This document shows, one piece after another, positions 40,567 through 50,939 of a stretch of DNA of 64,000 nt. This stretch comes from an uncultured Chloroflexia bacterium. GTDB taxonomy: Bacteria; Chloroflexota; Limnocylindria; Limnocylindrales; CSP1-4. The notes beneath the pieces were generated by a model, which worked only from the letters and a program-made list of their open reading frames with translations, made no database searches and had not been told where the DNA came from. A program made the position numbers and the translations under genes. Location: the NCBI GenBank assembly GCA_963813535.1, contig CAWEZH010000002.1:1152001-1216000 (forward strand). Reading direction: 5' to 3'. Within the stretch, counting starts at the first letter, position 1; every line of letters begins with the position of its first letter.

Positions 40567-42243
40567 TCAGTCGGGAGGCGGGACCGAGTATTCGCGCGCG
40601 GCGGTCTCGAGGTAGTCGTCGCGCTGCCGCTCGCACTCGCCCTCGGTCCAGGCGAGCTCGCGCGCCATGATCGCGGCGACCCTCGGCGCGACCGACGTCC
40701 CGCGATCGGGCATCTCCGGGCTGAGCCGGAGGCGCCTGGAGAGCACGTCATCGACCGATAGCGCCAGCTCATGACGGACCGCCCAGGCGACCTCGGCTTC
40801 GAGGAACGGCCGCCCCGCGATCAGCGGTCGCAGCAGGTCCAGCTCGCGACCGAGCGCCGCCACGTCGGGCGCTTCCGCCCCGTGCCGCGCCGCGAGGCGT
40901 GACGCGGCGTCGGGATGCGCAGCCGCGATGGCCGGGATCGCGGCGAGCTCGGCGGCGATCCCGTCGCGCGCGGGCGCGTCGGCTGCGCCGACGAGTGGCA
41001 GCTCGGCGGTCGCGCTGGGCCGCGCACGCGCGCCATCCTGGCCGAGTGCCGCATCGATCGTGTCTCGCGCCATGACGCGATAGGTCGTGTACTTGCCACC
41101 GGCCACCCGGACCACTCCGTTCGGCTCGGCCGTGATGCGATGCTCTCGCGATGCCTTGATCGTCGAGCCACGAGACGGCGCGATCAGCGGGCGCAGGCCG
41201 GCGTACGTGCCGACGACGTCGTCACGCCTCAGGTCGACGTCGAGTGTCGCGTTGACGGTCGCAAGCAGTTCGTCGACCTCGCGACCGCTGGCCGCGACGC
41301 GGCCCGGCGGTCCGTCATATGGAGCGTCGGTCGTGCCGATCAGCCAGTGGTCGGACCATGGGATGAAGAACACGACCCGGCCCGGCACCCGGATCGTGAG
41401 GCCGGTGCTCCCCGGGATGCGGTCGCGGGGCACGACGAGATGCGCGCCGCGGCTGGGCAGGATACGCATCGAGGGACTGGCGAATGGGTGCCCGGGATCG
41501 GCAGCCCACACGCCCGTCGCGTCGACGACCGATCCGGCATGGATCGCGAGCTCACTGCCGCCGAGCAGGTCGGTCGCCGCGACGATCCGCGACGGATCGG
41601 AGCCCCTGTCTGCCCTCAGGCCCGTGGCCCGGACACGCGTGACCGCGACCGGTTCCGGCTCCCTGGCGAGCGCGGTGCGCAGGACGGTCATCGTGAACCT
41701 GGCGTCGTCCTCGACCCCGTCGTGGTACAGCAGCCCGCCGCGCAGCCCGTTCCTCCGCAATGACGGCCAGGCGGCCAGCGAGCCCGACACGTCGAGCCGC
41801 TTGTGCCAGCCACCGTCGTGCCTCGCGCCAAGGACGTCGTAGAGCGTCAGTCCGGCGTCATAGAACGCCTTATGCACGAACGGGAGGCCATAGATCGGGA
41901 AGAGCTGCGGCTCGAGGCTGACGAGATGGGGCGCGTTGCGGAGGAGCCGGCGACGTTCGGCGAGGGCTTCGCGGACCAGCGGCAGGTGGATCTGCTCGAG
42001 ATATCGCAGGCCGCCGTGGATGAGCCGCGACGACCGCGACGACGTGCCGGCCGCGATGTCGTCCTGCTCGATGAGCGCTGCAGTCAGGCCACGCGACGTC
42101 GCATCCAACAGTGCCCCGGCGCCGACGATCCCGCCGCCGACGATCAGGACGTCCCAGGTGGTCTCCGCGAGGCGGGCGAGGTCAGTGGCCCGTCGCTCGA
42201 GTGGAGCCGACCGCGACGCCGGCATCGATGCCGGGGCCGTCAC
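40567..42243 (-). CDS. glpD: FAD-dependent glycerol-3-phosphate dehydrogenase/oxidase
   Basis: GGGIVGAG, GTSSRSSRLIHGGLRYL, IGTTD, GLRPL, GGKYTTYR; GTGA overlap at the start. Confidence 0.93.
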   Translation of the reverse strand: MTAPASMPASRSAPLERRATDLARLAETTWDVLIVGGGIVGAGALLDATSRGLTAALIEQDDIAAGTSSRSSRLIHGGLRYLEQIHLPLVREALAERRRLLRNAPHLVSLEPQLFPIYGLPFVHKAFYDAGLTLYDVLGARHDGGWHKRLDVSGSLAAWPSLRRNGLRGGLLYHDGVEDDARFTMTVLRTALAREPEPVAVTRVRATGLRADRGSDPSRIVAATDLLGGSELAIHAGSVVDATGVWAADPGHPFASPSMRILPSRGAHLVVPRDRIPGSTGLTIRVPGRVVFFIPWSDHWLIGTTDAPYDGPPGRVAASGREVDELLATVNATLDVDLRRDDVVGTYAGLRPLIAPSRGSTIKASREHRITAEPNGVVRVAGGKYTTYRVMARDTIDAALGQDGARARPSATAELPLVGAADAPARDGIAAELAAIPAIAAAHPDAASRLAARHGAEAPDVAALGRELDLLRPLIAGRPFLEAEVAWAVRHELALSVDDVLSRRLRLSPEMPDRGTSVAPRVAAIMARELAWTEGECERQRDDYLETAAREYSVPPPD

Positions 42244-42470
42244 CGGTCGCTGTCGATCGGTCGCCCATGGGCGATCCGCCACAGGAGCCAGCCGGTGCCG
42301 ACGATGAGCACGCCGATCAGGACCGGCCCGTCGTAGATCGCGCGCTGGAGGGGCGCCGGCAGCAGGCCGGTCACCAATGCCGCACCGAGGACGACAGCGA
42401 CGACACCCGCCGCGACAAGGGCGACCTGCGGCCAGCCGGGCTGCCGGCGGGGCGTCCCGGGCTCAACCAC
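42240..42470 (-). CDS. Small two-TM hypothetical protein
   Basis: Two hydrophobic helices; overlaps the nnrE stop and glpD start in operon fashion. Confidence 0.6.
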   Translation of the reverse strand: MVEPGTPRRQPGWPQVALVAAGVVAVVLGAALVTGLLPAPLQRAIYDGPVLIGVLIVGTGWLLWRIAHGRPIDSDR

Positions 42471-43266
42471 GGTCGGCCTCGACAGGGATGCCGATCGGGG
42501 CGACCAGGATCCTGCCGGCATGCGCCGCACCGCGCCGTGCCAGCAGTCCAGTCTTCGGTCGATGGAAGGTGACCGTCAGATCGGCTATCACGGCGGGGTC
42601 GGATGGTTCGCCGCTCGAGAGGTCGACGGCTGTCGGGGTGTCGACGGCGACGACCGGGATGCCGGCGCGGTGGGCGCGATCGATGACCTCGACGGCGGTC
42701 CGGATCGGTTCCCGAAGGGGTCCGCGAACGCCGGTCCCGAGCAATGCGTCCACGATGACGGCAGCCTTGTCGATCCCCTGACCGAGCACCGCGACGTCGC
42801 GTGCCACCGGGGCATGGACCTTGGTGATGCCCTTGTCCTTGGCGATGCGATCCCAGTTCTTGGCCGCCGCGGCGCCAACAGGTCGAGCGTCGGTGGCGAC
42901 GACGGCGACCACGACCCTGCCGCCGTGCAAGGCAAGCCGACGGGCGGCGACGTAACCGTCGCCTCCATTGTTGCCTGGCCCCGCCAGGATCACGATCGGG
43001 CCGGTGCCCCAACGCTCGGTGTCGACGGCGAGCGCCTTGACGGCTGCGGCGACGGCCGTACCGGCGTGCTCCATGAGCCGATCCTCGCTGATGCCGAGTG
43101 CCTGTGCGCGTCTGTCGGCGCCGCGCATGGCTTCCGCCCCGATCGGCGACGCTGCTGCGCGGTCGGCCCATCGGTGACGGAGACCCCGGAGGTCGAGGTC
43201 GAAGAGCGTGGGATCGTCGGCGGGCAGCGGTATCGCGGTCCCGCTTGCCGCCGGACTCGTTGACAT
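42463..43266 (-). CDS. nnrE: NAD(P)H-hydrate epimerase (stand-alone YjeF_N)
   Basis: LMEHAG, GPGNNGGDG, VDALLGTG, VAVDTPT, TVTFHRPKTG, PIGIP. Confidence 0.92.
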   Translation of the reverse strand: MSTSPAASGTAIPLPADDPTLFDLDLRGLRHRWADRAAASPIGAEAMRGADRRAQALGISEDRLMEHAGTAVAAAVKALAVDTERWGTGPIVILAGPGNNGGDGYVAARRLALHGGRVVVAVVATDARPVGAAAAKNWDRIAKDKGITKVHAPVARDVAVLGQGIDKAAVIVDALLGTGVRGPLREPIRTAVEVIDRAHRAGIPVVAVDTPTAVDLSSGEPSDPAVIADLTVTFHRPKTGLLARRGAAHAGRILVAPIGIPVEADRG

Positions 43267-43300
43267 GGCCCGCCAAGCGTAGCCGACGGACGCGGGAGCC

Positions 43301-44206
43301 TCAGCCAGTTGCCAGGCGGGCGTGGACGGTCTCGGTGTCGGCACGGCGGAGCTCGACCATCCCCTCGCCCGCGAGGGCGGCCGCCGCGCGATGGACGCGG
43401 TCGAGGTCGTGCGCGCCGATCGGCGCATCGAGCGCGACCCAGTCGCTTCCGGGCGCGTCGCGGAGTCGGTCGAGGATGCGTCCCCGAAGCCAGCGGGTCG
43501 TGGCCGGGAACGGCGTCGGCGCTCGTCCGGGCCTGATCGCGGTCTGCGGAGGCGGCTCCGCGGGCTCTTGCGCCGCATACCGACACCAGGCCCGCACCGG
43601 GCAGTCGCCGCATCGGGGCGTACGCGGGCGGCAGACGGTCGCCCCCAGGTCCATCAGGGCGTGCGTCCACGTTGCGGGATCACCCGTGGCGACCACGCCG
43701 TCCGCGAGAACCTGCACGTCGCCCGCGGGTATGCCTTCCGCGCCACCCACGAACCGACCGATGATCCGGCGCACGTTGACGTCGACCGCCCCGACACGCA
43801 AACCGAACGCGATGGCCGCGACGGCGCGAGCGGTGTAGGGACCGACGCCCGGCAGGGCCTCGAGGGCTTCGACCGATGCGGGGACGCGTCCGCCGTGCTC
43901 GTCGCAGATGATCTTCGCCGCCCGCCACAGAGCGAGCGCGCGCCGGTCGTAGCCGAGACCCTGCCACTCGCGAAGGACGTCGGCGGGCGCGGCAGCTGCC
44001 AGCGCCTCGACGGTCGGGAAGCGCTCGATGAAGCGCTCCCAATGCGCTGCAGCGCGTTCGGCCTGGGTCTGCTGGGCCATCGCCTCGGAGACGAGGACGG
44101 CGTACGGGTCGCTGGTCCTGCGGAAGGCGAGTGTCCGGCCATGCCGCGCGTACCAGCGGAGGATCGCCCGACGCGGCGCCGACGCGAGAGCGACCGACTC
44201 GTCCAC
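43301..44206 (-). CDS. mutY: A/G-specific adenine DNA glycosylase
   Basis: VSEAMAQQT, WQGLGY, HhH LPGVGPYTA, VDVNV, Fe-S motif C-x6-C-x2-C-x5-C. Confidence 0.92.
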   Translation of the reverse strand: MDESVALASAPRRAILRWYARHGRTLAFRRTSDPYAVLVSEAMAQQTQAERAAAHWERFIERFPTVEALAAAAPADVLREWQGLGYDRRALALWRAAKIICDEHGGRVPASVEALEALPGVGPYTARAVAAIAFGLRVGAVDVNVRRIIGRFVGGAEGIPAGDVQVLADGVVATGDPATWTHALMDLGATVCRPRTPRCGDCPVRAWCRYAAQEPAEPPPQTAIRPGRAPTPFPATTRWLRGRILDRLRDAPGSDWVALDAPIGAHDLDRVHRAAAALAGEGMVELRRADTETVHARLATG

Positions 44207-44300
44207 GGCTCGCAGGATAGTGCCGGTGCACCGGCCGGTGAGGGCCTGATGAGCGCAGCCGCGTACGATGACCGCGCAAGTCCGAGGGAGGTCCCGAGTG

Positions 44301-45014
44301 ATGGCCGTCGACGTCCGCCGCTTCACCGGCTTCAGCCCGGATGCGATCGACTTCCTGGCGGAGCTCGCCCAGAACAACGACCGCAGCTGGTTCCAGCCCC
44401 GCAAGGCCGAGTACGAGTCGCTCCTGAAGGAGCCGATGGAGGCACTCGTCGCGGGCCTCGCCGACGCGTTTGCCGCCCGAAAGCTGCCCATGCAGGCCGA
44501 CCCGAAGCGGTCGATCTTCCGGATCTATCGCGACACCCGGTTCGCCAAGGACAAGTCGCCCTACAAGACCCACCTCGGCGCGTCGTTCCCGTGGGTCGAG
44601 CGCAAGGATCCCGAGGCGGACTTCTCGCACACCGAGCACGCCAACGGCGCGTACTTCCATCTCCAGCCGGGCAACAACTACGTGGGCGGCGGCATGTGGC
44701 ATGCGACCAAGCCACGATTGGACGCATTCCGCCAGGCCATCGTTGCCGACGAGGGGAGGGTGCGGGCTGCGCTCGAGGAGCCCGCGTTCCTGGCCGAATT
44801 CGGGCCCGTCGAGAGCCACGACACGCTCAAGCGCGTGCCGCCGGGCTATCCGGCCGACCACGCGCTCGCCGACCTCTTCCGCTACAAGGACATCGTGTTC
44901 GGTCGTCGCCTGGCGGACGACGAGGTCTACTCACCGGCGCTCCCCGACATCCTGGCCGACGCCTATGCGAGGGCGACGCCCGTGTTCCGTTTCCTGTCCA
45001 CCCTGGACGCCTGA
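44301..45014 (+). CDS. DUF2461 (TIGR02453-type) protein
   Basis: FL.EL..NNDRSWF, FRIYRDTRFAKDKSPYKT, LKRVPPGY. Confidence 0.9.
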   Translation: MAVDVRRFTGFSPDAIDFLAELAQNNDRSWFQPRKAEYESLLKEPMEALVAGLADAFAARKLPMQADPKRSIFRIYRDTRFAKDKSPYKTHLGASFPWVERKDPEADFSHTEHANGAYFHLQPGNNYVGGGMWHATKPRLDAFRQAIVADEGRVRAALEEPAFLAEFGPVESHDTLKRVPPGYPADHALADLFRYKDIVFGRRLADDEVYSPALPDILADAYARATPVFRFLSTLDA

Positions 45015-45017
45015 GGC

Positions 45018-45959
45018 GTGCGGTTCGGCGCCGCCTTCTGGATCCAACGGACCGGTTGGCCCGATCTTCGGGATGCTTGCCTCGCGGTGGAACGAGCCGG
45101 GTGGGACTCGCTCTGGCTCGACGACCACCTGATGTCGGACGAGGGAGTCTGGGAGGACGCCAAGCTCGAGGGCTGGGCTGCGCTCCAGGCCGTCGCGTCG
45201 GTCACGTCGCGTGTTCGGCTCGGCTTGCTCGTGTCGTCGACGACCTTCCGCAACCCCGGGCTCATCGCCAAGCTCGCAACGACGCTCGATCACGTGTCGG
45301 GCGGGCGGTCGGTACTGGGGCTGGGCGGCGGCTGGTTCGCACGGGAGCACGACGCCTTCGGCATGGACTTCGGGAGCGGTTTCGGTGAGCGGCTCGACCG
45401 TCTGGACGAGGCGACGATGCTCATCCGCCGATTGCTCGACGGCGAGCGTGTCACGCACAAGGGTCGGTTCTACGAGATGCATGACGCCCTGTGCGAACCG
45501 CGCCCACGACAGACCCGACTGCCGATCCTGATCGGCGGGTCAGGACCGACGAAGACATTGCGGACCACGGCCCGGTATGCGGACCTGTGGAACGGGTACG
45601 GAGAGCCGGACCGCATCGCGGCGGTCTCCGACATCCTTCGGACCCGCTGTGAGGAGGTCGGCCGCCGGTTCGAGGACATCGAGCGGACCGTGACGCTGCA
45701 TGCCGTGCTCCGCGACAGCCGAGCCGCCGCGGTCGAAGCCTGGACGCCGATCGCGGACCGGCACGGTCTCGTCGGCCGCCTCGGAGCGGATGGCACCGAA
45801 CGGGACCTACACATCGGCGGGTCGCCTGCTGAGGTCGCCACGTACCTCGACGGATACCGCCGGATCGGCATCGGCGAGGTGACCTTCGTGTTCCGCCATC
45901 CGTTCGACCTCGAGACGATCGAGCGTCTCGGTGATGTCCGGGCGGCGCTCGGGGACTAG
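45018..45959 (+). CDS. LLM-class (luciferase-like, probably F420-dependent) oxidoreductase
   Basis: WLDDH, FRNPGLIAKLATTLDHVSGGR..LGLGGGW, ILIGGSG. Confidence 0.9.
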   Translation: MRFGAAFWIQRTGWPDLRDACLAVERAGWDSLWLDDHLMSDEGVWEDAKLEGWAALQAVASVTSRVRLGLLVSSTTFRNPGLIAKLATTLDHVSGGRSVLGLGGGWFAREHDAFGMDFGSGFGERLDRLDEATMLIRRLLDGERVTHKGRFYEMHDALCEPRPRQTRLPILIGGSGPTKTLRTTARYADLWNGYGEPDRIAAVSDILRTRCEEVGRRFEDIERTVTLHAVLRDSRAAAVEAWTPIADRHGLVGRLGADGTERDLHIGGSPAEVATYLDGYRRIGIGEVTFVFRHPFDLETIERLGDVRAALGD

Positions 45960-46939
45960 GGTCCGACTTCCACCGCAGAGGCACGCTCCCAGAGCGCCAG
46001 AGCGACGAGTTCCGAGACTGCCGACTGGACGATCGCTCGCTCGATCGGGCCGTCTACGACAGGCATGTCGATCGTCAGAGCGGCGCCCTCTACGCCGGGC
46101 CCGACGACCACCGTCTCGCCGCCGCGTCGCCGGATCGTGGCGACGACCTCGGGATCGGCCGCGGATCCTGCGAACAACAGCGCCCGATGTCCGGGCAGTG
46201 CCAGGTAGATGCCCGTGTGCAGCCAATCGGCCGTGTCGTGTGCCACGGCCGGCAAACGCGGCGCCTCGCGCAGCATCAGCGCTCCCTGGTGGACGAGCGC
46301 GGCATCGACATCATCACCGAGGACATCGATGGCGGCGGCGCCGTCGAGGACGTCGGCCGCAGGTCCGAGCCACGCATCCCGGCCATCGAGAGCGGTCTGC
46401 AGCGCGTCCACGGTCGGACCCAGGCTGGAAGCCGTCGTGCCTTCTCCTGTCCACCGCCCGACGAGCATCCCCAGCGCGGCGACCGTGGCTCGGAATGTCC
46501 GGGTGGCGATGCCCGAACCCTCCTGGCCTGCCAGCAGCGGCAGGACGATGTCCGCCTCGGTCGCCAGTGGGGAGCCAGGGTCGTTCGTGACGGCGATCAC
46601 CCGGCCCGGTCCGCGATTCCGCCGGGCCGTGTCGATGACCTCGGCGGTCCGTCCCGATGCCGAGATCGCGACGAGCACCTGGTCCCCGGCAGGCGCCGTC
46701 CGCGACGACGAGGTCGACGCGTACTCGGCCCAGGCCGGCAGGCCCGCTTTGCGAGCGACTGCGGCCGCTGTCAGCGCCGCGTACCGCGAGCTGCCGAGAC
46801 CGGAGAACACGATCCGGGACGGTGGATCACCGATCCCTTCGAGCGGACCGTCAGACGCCGCGTAGGCCGCAAGCAGCCGGCCGAGCGCGGCCGGGACGGA
46901 TCCGATGTCGTCTCGCAGCGCCGTGACGCGGTCGGTCAC
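45956..46939 (-). CDS. SIS-domain sugar-phosphate isomerase/deaminase-like protein (GlmS-C/NagB-II/FrlB fold)
   Basis: GLGSSRYA, ISASGRTAE, TNDPGSPLA, LMLREAP; GTGA overlap with the kinase gene. Confidence 0.8.
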   Translation of the reverse strand: MTDRVTALRDDIGSVPAALGRLLAAYAASDGPLEGIGDPPSRIVFSGLGSSRYAALTAAAVARKAGLPAWAEYASTSSSRTAPAGDQVLVAISASGRTAEVIDTARRNRGPGRVIAVTNDPGSPLATEADIVLPLLAGQEGSGIATRTFRATVAALGMLVGRWTGEGTTASSLGPTVDALQTALDGRDAWLGPAADVLDGAAAIDVLGDDVDAALVHQGALMLREAPRLPAVAHDTADWLHTGIYLALPGHRALLFAGSAADPEVVATIRRRGGETVVVGPGVEGAALTIDMPVVDGPIERAIVQSAVSELVALALWERASAVEVGP

Positions 46940-48342
46940 GCGGCGTCCTCGAACAGCGAGCGCATGCCCTCGGTCGGGGCGTACAGCCACGCGGGCAGGT
47001 ACGTTGCGGCGTACGCGAACTCGTGCAGCTCCTTGTCGACCTCGAAGGCGTGGAGCAGGTCCGCGTCGACGTCCGCCCGGTACGCCTCGAGGAACCGCTC
47101 GCGTGCGCGGAGGATCCAGGCGTCGAGGTCCAGCCCCGGCCGCGACAGCGGCCCGCCGTTGGCCGCCTCCGCGCGCCGACGCGCGCTTCGCGCGACGTGG
47201 TCGAGCGACCGCAGCATCGAGGCCACGTCGCGCAATGCCGGTCGATGGGCGCGACGGGCCTCCGGAGAGCTCATTGGCTCGCCCTCGAAATCGACGATGC
47301 GGAAACCATCAGGTGCGATGAGCACCTGGCCGAGGTGGTAGTCGCCGTGCGCGCGGACCACCTGCGGCGCGGTCGGCAGGGCGTCGATGACGCTGATCGA
47401 CTCGGCGATCCGGGGCGCGAGCTCGCGCAGGAGGTCGGCGGCCTCGCCGGTGGCGAGATCGAGCGCTGAACCGAGGTGCCGGTGGGCGTCGGCCGCCCAC
47501 GATCGCACCTCGTCCCGGGTCGCCTCGCGTGGTGCGATGTCGGGGAGACCGTGCCCGTCCGCGACGGCCTCGTGCAGACCCGCGGTGAGCGTCCCGAGGT
47601 CGGCGGCGATCTCCGTCGCGAACTCGACGCTGACCTGACCGCGCGACGTGAGCCATCCCGACGAGCATCCCGGCGATCGACTCGAACCCATCGGCGCCGT
47701 CGGCCACGAATTCCTCGAGCATCGCGACCGTCGTCGGTTCGCCGGTTCGGGCGACGACCTCGGCGAAGCCCGCGAGGCGGGGCACGGCCGAAAAGCCCGC
47801 CTCCTCACTGAGGAACGCGGTCATCTCGAGGTCGGGGTTCAGACCCGGCTGGAGCCGGCGGAAGGCCTTGAGCAGGAGCGCGCCACCCAGGACGACCGAC
47901 GTGTGCGACTGATCGGCGCCAAGATCGCGCTCGGGACCGGGCCCCTCGGGCGCGAGACCGGCCAGGGCGCGAGCCGGTCGGCACACGAGCGCCGCGCTCG
48001 GCGGCGCCTGCGGGTCGCCCTCGGCCGGCAGCGACGGGATCGCCCGCCCCTCCGCCATCGCCACGGCCAATGCCCGCCACGACCCATCACCCGGAACGGC
48101 CGGTCTCAGCGACTCGCCGGTCAGCGCGAGCGTGTACGCCTGCCGGCTGCGGTCATCGAGCGTGACCGTCGCCAGCGCGAGGACGTGCGGACCCGATCCG
48201 TCGAGGGTGAACGCTTCATCGAGCTCGATGCCCCGGATCGAGCGGCCCTTGGCGCCGAACCAGCGCTCACGCGTGATGGCATCGAGGTCGAGGGCCGCGA
48301 CCGCCGCCGCGACCTCGGCGCGCGTGGGACTGGCGACCTCAG
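46936..48342 (-). CDS. Maltokinase/glucosamine-kinase-like phosphotransferase (frameshift near 47657; start unresolved)
   Basis: N-cap RWFGAKGR, DQSHTSVV, LLKAFR..GLNPDLEM, RAHGDYHLGQVL, IVDFEGEP, RDVASMLRS. Confidence 0.82.
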
Positions 48343-49790
48343 GTCCCCGTGTTGATCATCACGTGCTTGACGAACGTGTAGTCCTCGAGCGCGTACTTCG
48401 AGCCGTCCTTGCCGTAGCCGGACTGCTTCACCCCGCCGTGCGGCGTCTCCGACGCGAGTGTGAAGTGTTCGTTGATCCAGACGTGTCCGAAGTCGAGCGC
48501 CTTCGCGACGCGCATCGCCTTGCCGATGTCGCTCGTGAAGATCGACGATGCGAGGCCATAGGGCGTGTCGTTCGCCCACTTGACGGCCGTCTCTTCGTCG
48601 CTGAACCGCTGGACTGTGACGACAGGGCCGAAGACCTCGTCCTGGACGATCTCCGACTTCTGGTCCGGGCCGGCGATGACGGTCGGCTCGTAGTACGCCC
48701 CGGGCCGGTCCGGGCGGTTGCCGCCGACCACGACCTCAGCGCTACCGCGGGCGCGGTCGACCATCCCCGATACCTTGTCGGCCTGGGCGGTCGCGATGAG
48801 CGAGCCCATCTCGATGTCGTCGCCCTCGGCCGGGTCGCCCCATTTGATCGAGCGGACCTGGTCGGACAGGGCCGACACGAAGCCGTCGTAGACCTTCGGG
48901 CCGGCGATGACGCGTGTCGCCGCGGTGCAGTCCTGGCCGGCATTCCAATAGCCGGCCGACCTTAGCGTCTCGGCCGCAAGGTCGATGTCCGCGTCGTCGA
49001 AGACGATGATCGGCGCCTTGCCGCCAAGCTCCAGGTGCAGGCGCTTGACGGTGTCGGCTGCGATCTTGGCCACCCGCTTGCCGGTCACCGTGTCGCCGGT
49101 GATCGACACCATGCGGACCTTCGGATGACCGACCAGGGCGTCACCGATATCGCCCCCCGAACCGGACAGCACGTTCACGACGCCCGGCGGCAGGATCTCG
49201 GCGAGGATCTCGGCGAACGCCAGGGCGCTCAGCGGCGTGCGCGCCGACGGCTTGAGGACGACGGTATTGCCGGTCGCCAGCGCCGGACCGAGCTTCCATG
49301 TCGCCATGTAGAGCGGGTAGTTCCACGGCGCGATCGACGCGACGACGCCGATCGGGTCGCGCCGGATGATCGAAGTGTGACCGGCGAGGAACTCGTTCGC
49401 GGCGAGGCCGTCCATGACCCGAGCGGCACCCGCGAAGAAGCGGAACAGGTCGACGCTCGTCGACATCTCGTCGATCGCCGCGCCGACCGGCTTGCCGGCG
49501 TTGGCGCTCTCGATCCGCCCGAGCTCATCGGCCTTTGCCTCGAGCGCGTCGGCGATCTTGAGCAGGTATAGGGACCGATCCTGCGGCGTCGTCTGCTTCC
49601 ACGACTCGAAGGCGGTCGCCGCGGCGTTCACGGCGCGGTCGACGTCCTCCTGGGAGCTCGCCGGGACGTTGGCGATGACCTGGTCGTTGGCCGGGTTGAT
49701 GACCTCGGCGGTCCTGCCGTCCGCGGCACCGACGAAATCGCCGCCGATGAACTGCTGATAGGTCTTGGCTCGTTCGAGCGTCTCGGTCAC
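48339..49790 (-). CDS. patD: Gamma-aminobutyraldehyde dehydrogenase-like ALDH
   Basis: IAPWNYPL, LELGGKAP, NAGQDCTAATR, EVFGPV, PHGGVKQSGYGKD..KHVM. Confidence 0.82.
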   Translation of the reverse strand: MTETLERAKTYQQFIGGDFVGAADGRTAEVINPANDQVIANVPASSQEDVDRAVNAAATAFESWKQTTPQDRSLYLLKIADALEAKADELGRIESANAGKPVGAAIDEMSTSVDLFRFFAGAARVMDGLAANEFLAGHTSIIRRDPIGVVASIAPWNYPLYMATWKLGPALATGNTVVLKPSARTPLSALAFAEILAEILPPGVVNVLSGSGGDIGDALVGHPKVRMVSITGDTVTGKRVAKIAADTVKRLHLELGGKAPIIVFDDADIDLAAETLRSAGYWNAGQDCTAATRVIAGPKVYDGFVSALSDQVRSIKWGDPAEGDDIEMGSLIATAQADKVSGMVDRARGSAEVVVGGNRPDRPGAYYEPTVIAGPDQKSEIVQDEVFGPVVTVQRFSDEETAVKWANDTPYGLASSIFTSDIGKAMRVAKALDFGHVWINEHFTLASETPHGGVKQSGYGKDGSKYALEDYTFVKHVMINTGT

Positions 49791-49907
49791 GGAACGCCTC
49801 CTCGCGCGAGTGACGGGATCGGGTCGGAAGTGTTGGTCATCGTAGTCCCGCGCCGGTGGTCCGTCCCGCAGCGTGGGCGACGATGGCCTCGATGTTCTGG
49901 AGATACG

Positions 49908-49956
49908 AAAAGCGGTGCCCCGGCGGGGAGGAGGGGAATTCCGCCGATGACACCGC
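49908..49956 (-). terminator. Hairpin followed by T-run downstream of the DUF6582-like gene
   Basis: gcggtg/caccgc and cggcgg/ccgccg stems, then TTTT on the minus strand. Confidence 0.6.
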
Positions 49957-50005
49957 CCGGTGCTGCGGCAACGGGGTGCCGCGTGAGGTTCGTCGCGTTC
50001 AGTCG

Positions 50006-50263
50006 CTAGCTCGTTCTAACCGGTTTGGCGACGTTCGAGTCCTCGTCGACGTCGATGCCATGGCGCTTGGCCGCAGAGAGGATCTTCTTGCGGGCGCGCT
50101 CCTTGGCGGCACGGCTCTCGAAGTCGGTCTGGTTGAAGCGCGCGATCGCGTTCCGGACGTGCGACTCGTCGTTGATCGGGAGGTGCTCGCCGCCCTCCTT
50201 GTCGACGTACGCGAACTGGTTCGAACGAAGGTCGTCTCGATCGTCAGCGTCAAGCGTTGCCAT
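50006..50263 (-). CDS. Small DUF6582-like protein
   Basis: 'RDDLRSNQFAY...LPINDESHVRNAIARFNQ...ARKKILSAAKRHGI'; GAGAGG RBS. Confidence 0.75.
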   Translation of the reverse strand: MATLDADDRDDLRSNQFAYVDKEGGEHLPINDESHVRNAIARFNQTDFESRAAKERARKKILSAAKRHGIDVDEDSNVAKPVRTS

Positions 50264-50392
50264 GGTCATACCTCTCGGTATCTGGACTCTCTTGACCACG
50301 AGCGTCGCACCAACGAGGTGACCAAGGGTCCGGCCTCGCCCGGTCGGCTCCTTACAGGGTCGTTGCGTCGAGGTTCGCCATGCAGCGCGACG

Positions 50393-50938
50393 TCAGGTCG
50401 GCGTGCCGCTCCGCCACGGGCGCGGGTCCGTGCGCAGGAGCGAGTACATCAGCACATCAACGTTCTTGCCACGGTGGAAGAACGGCTCGCGGAGCGTCCC
50501 CTCGAGGGTGAACCCGCACTTCTCGGCGATCCGTCGGGACGCGGCGTTGTCGGGCAGGATCACCAGGTGGATCCGGTGGCGCGGCTTGGTATCGAACAAG
50601 TAGTCGACGAGGAGCCGCACCGCGTCCGTCGTGTAGCCACGACCGGCGTCGCCGGGGTCGTACAACTGGTAGGAGAGCTCATACGCGTCCCAGTACGGCA
50701 CCGCTCTGAAGAATTCGATGTGGCCGACGATCCGGTCGGAGGGGTCGAGGATGACCAGGATGCCCTCTTCCTTGCCCCAAAAACCGTCGTCCTCGAACTG
50801 CTTCCTGAACGCGGTCTCGGACATGACGTTGATCGGGAAGTAGTGCCCCCGGTTCTGGATCTCGATGTGGCGCGTGTAGAGCTCGTCGAGGTCGGCGGCG
50901 CGGACCGGTCGGAGCGTGACCTCCTTGCCGTGCAGCAC
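50393..50938 (-). CDS. GNAT N-acetyltransferase (RimJ/RimL-like)
   Basis: LRP..DL, GRGYTT, N.ASRRIAEKCGFTLEG.LR. Confidence 0.88.
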   Translation of the reverse strand: MLHGKEVTLRPVRAADLDELYTRHIEIQNRGHYFPINVMSETAFRKQFEDDGFWGKEEGILVILDPSDRIVGHIEFFRAVPYWDAYELSYQLYDPGDAGRGYTTDAVRLLVDYLFDTKPRHRIHLVILPDNAASRRIAEKCGFTLEGTLREPFFHRGKNVDVLMYSLLRTDPRPWRSGTPT

Positions 50939-50939
50939 G

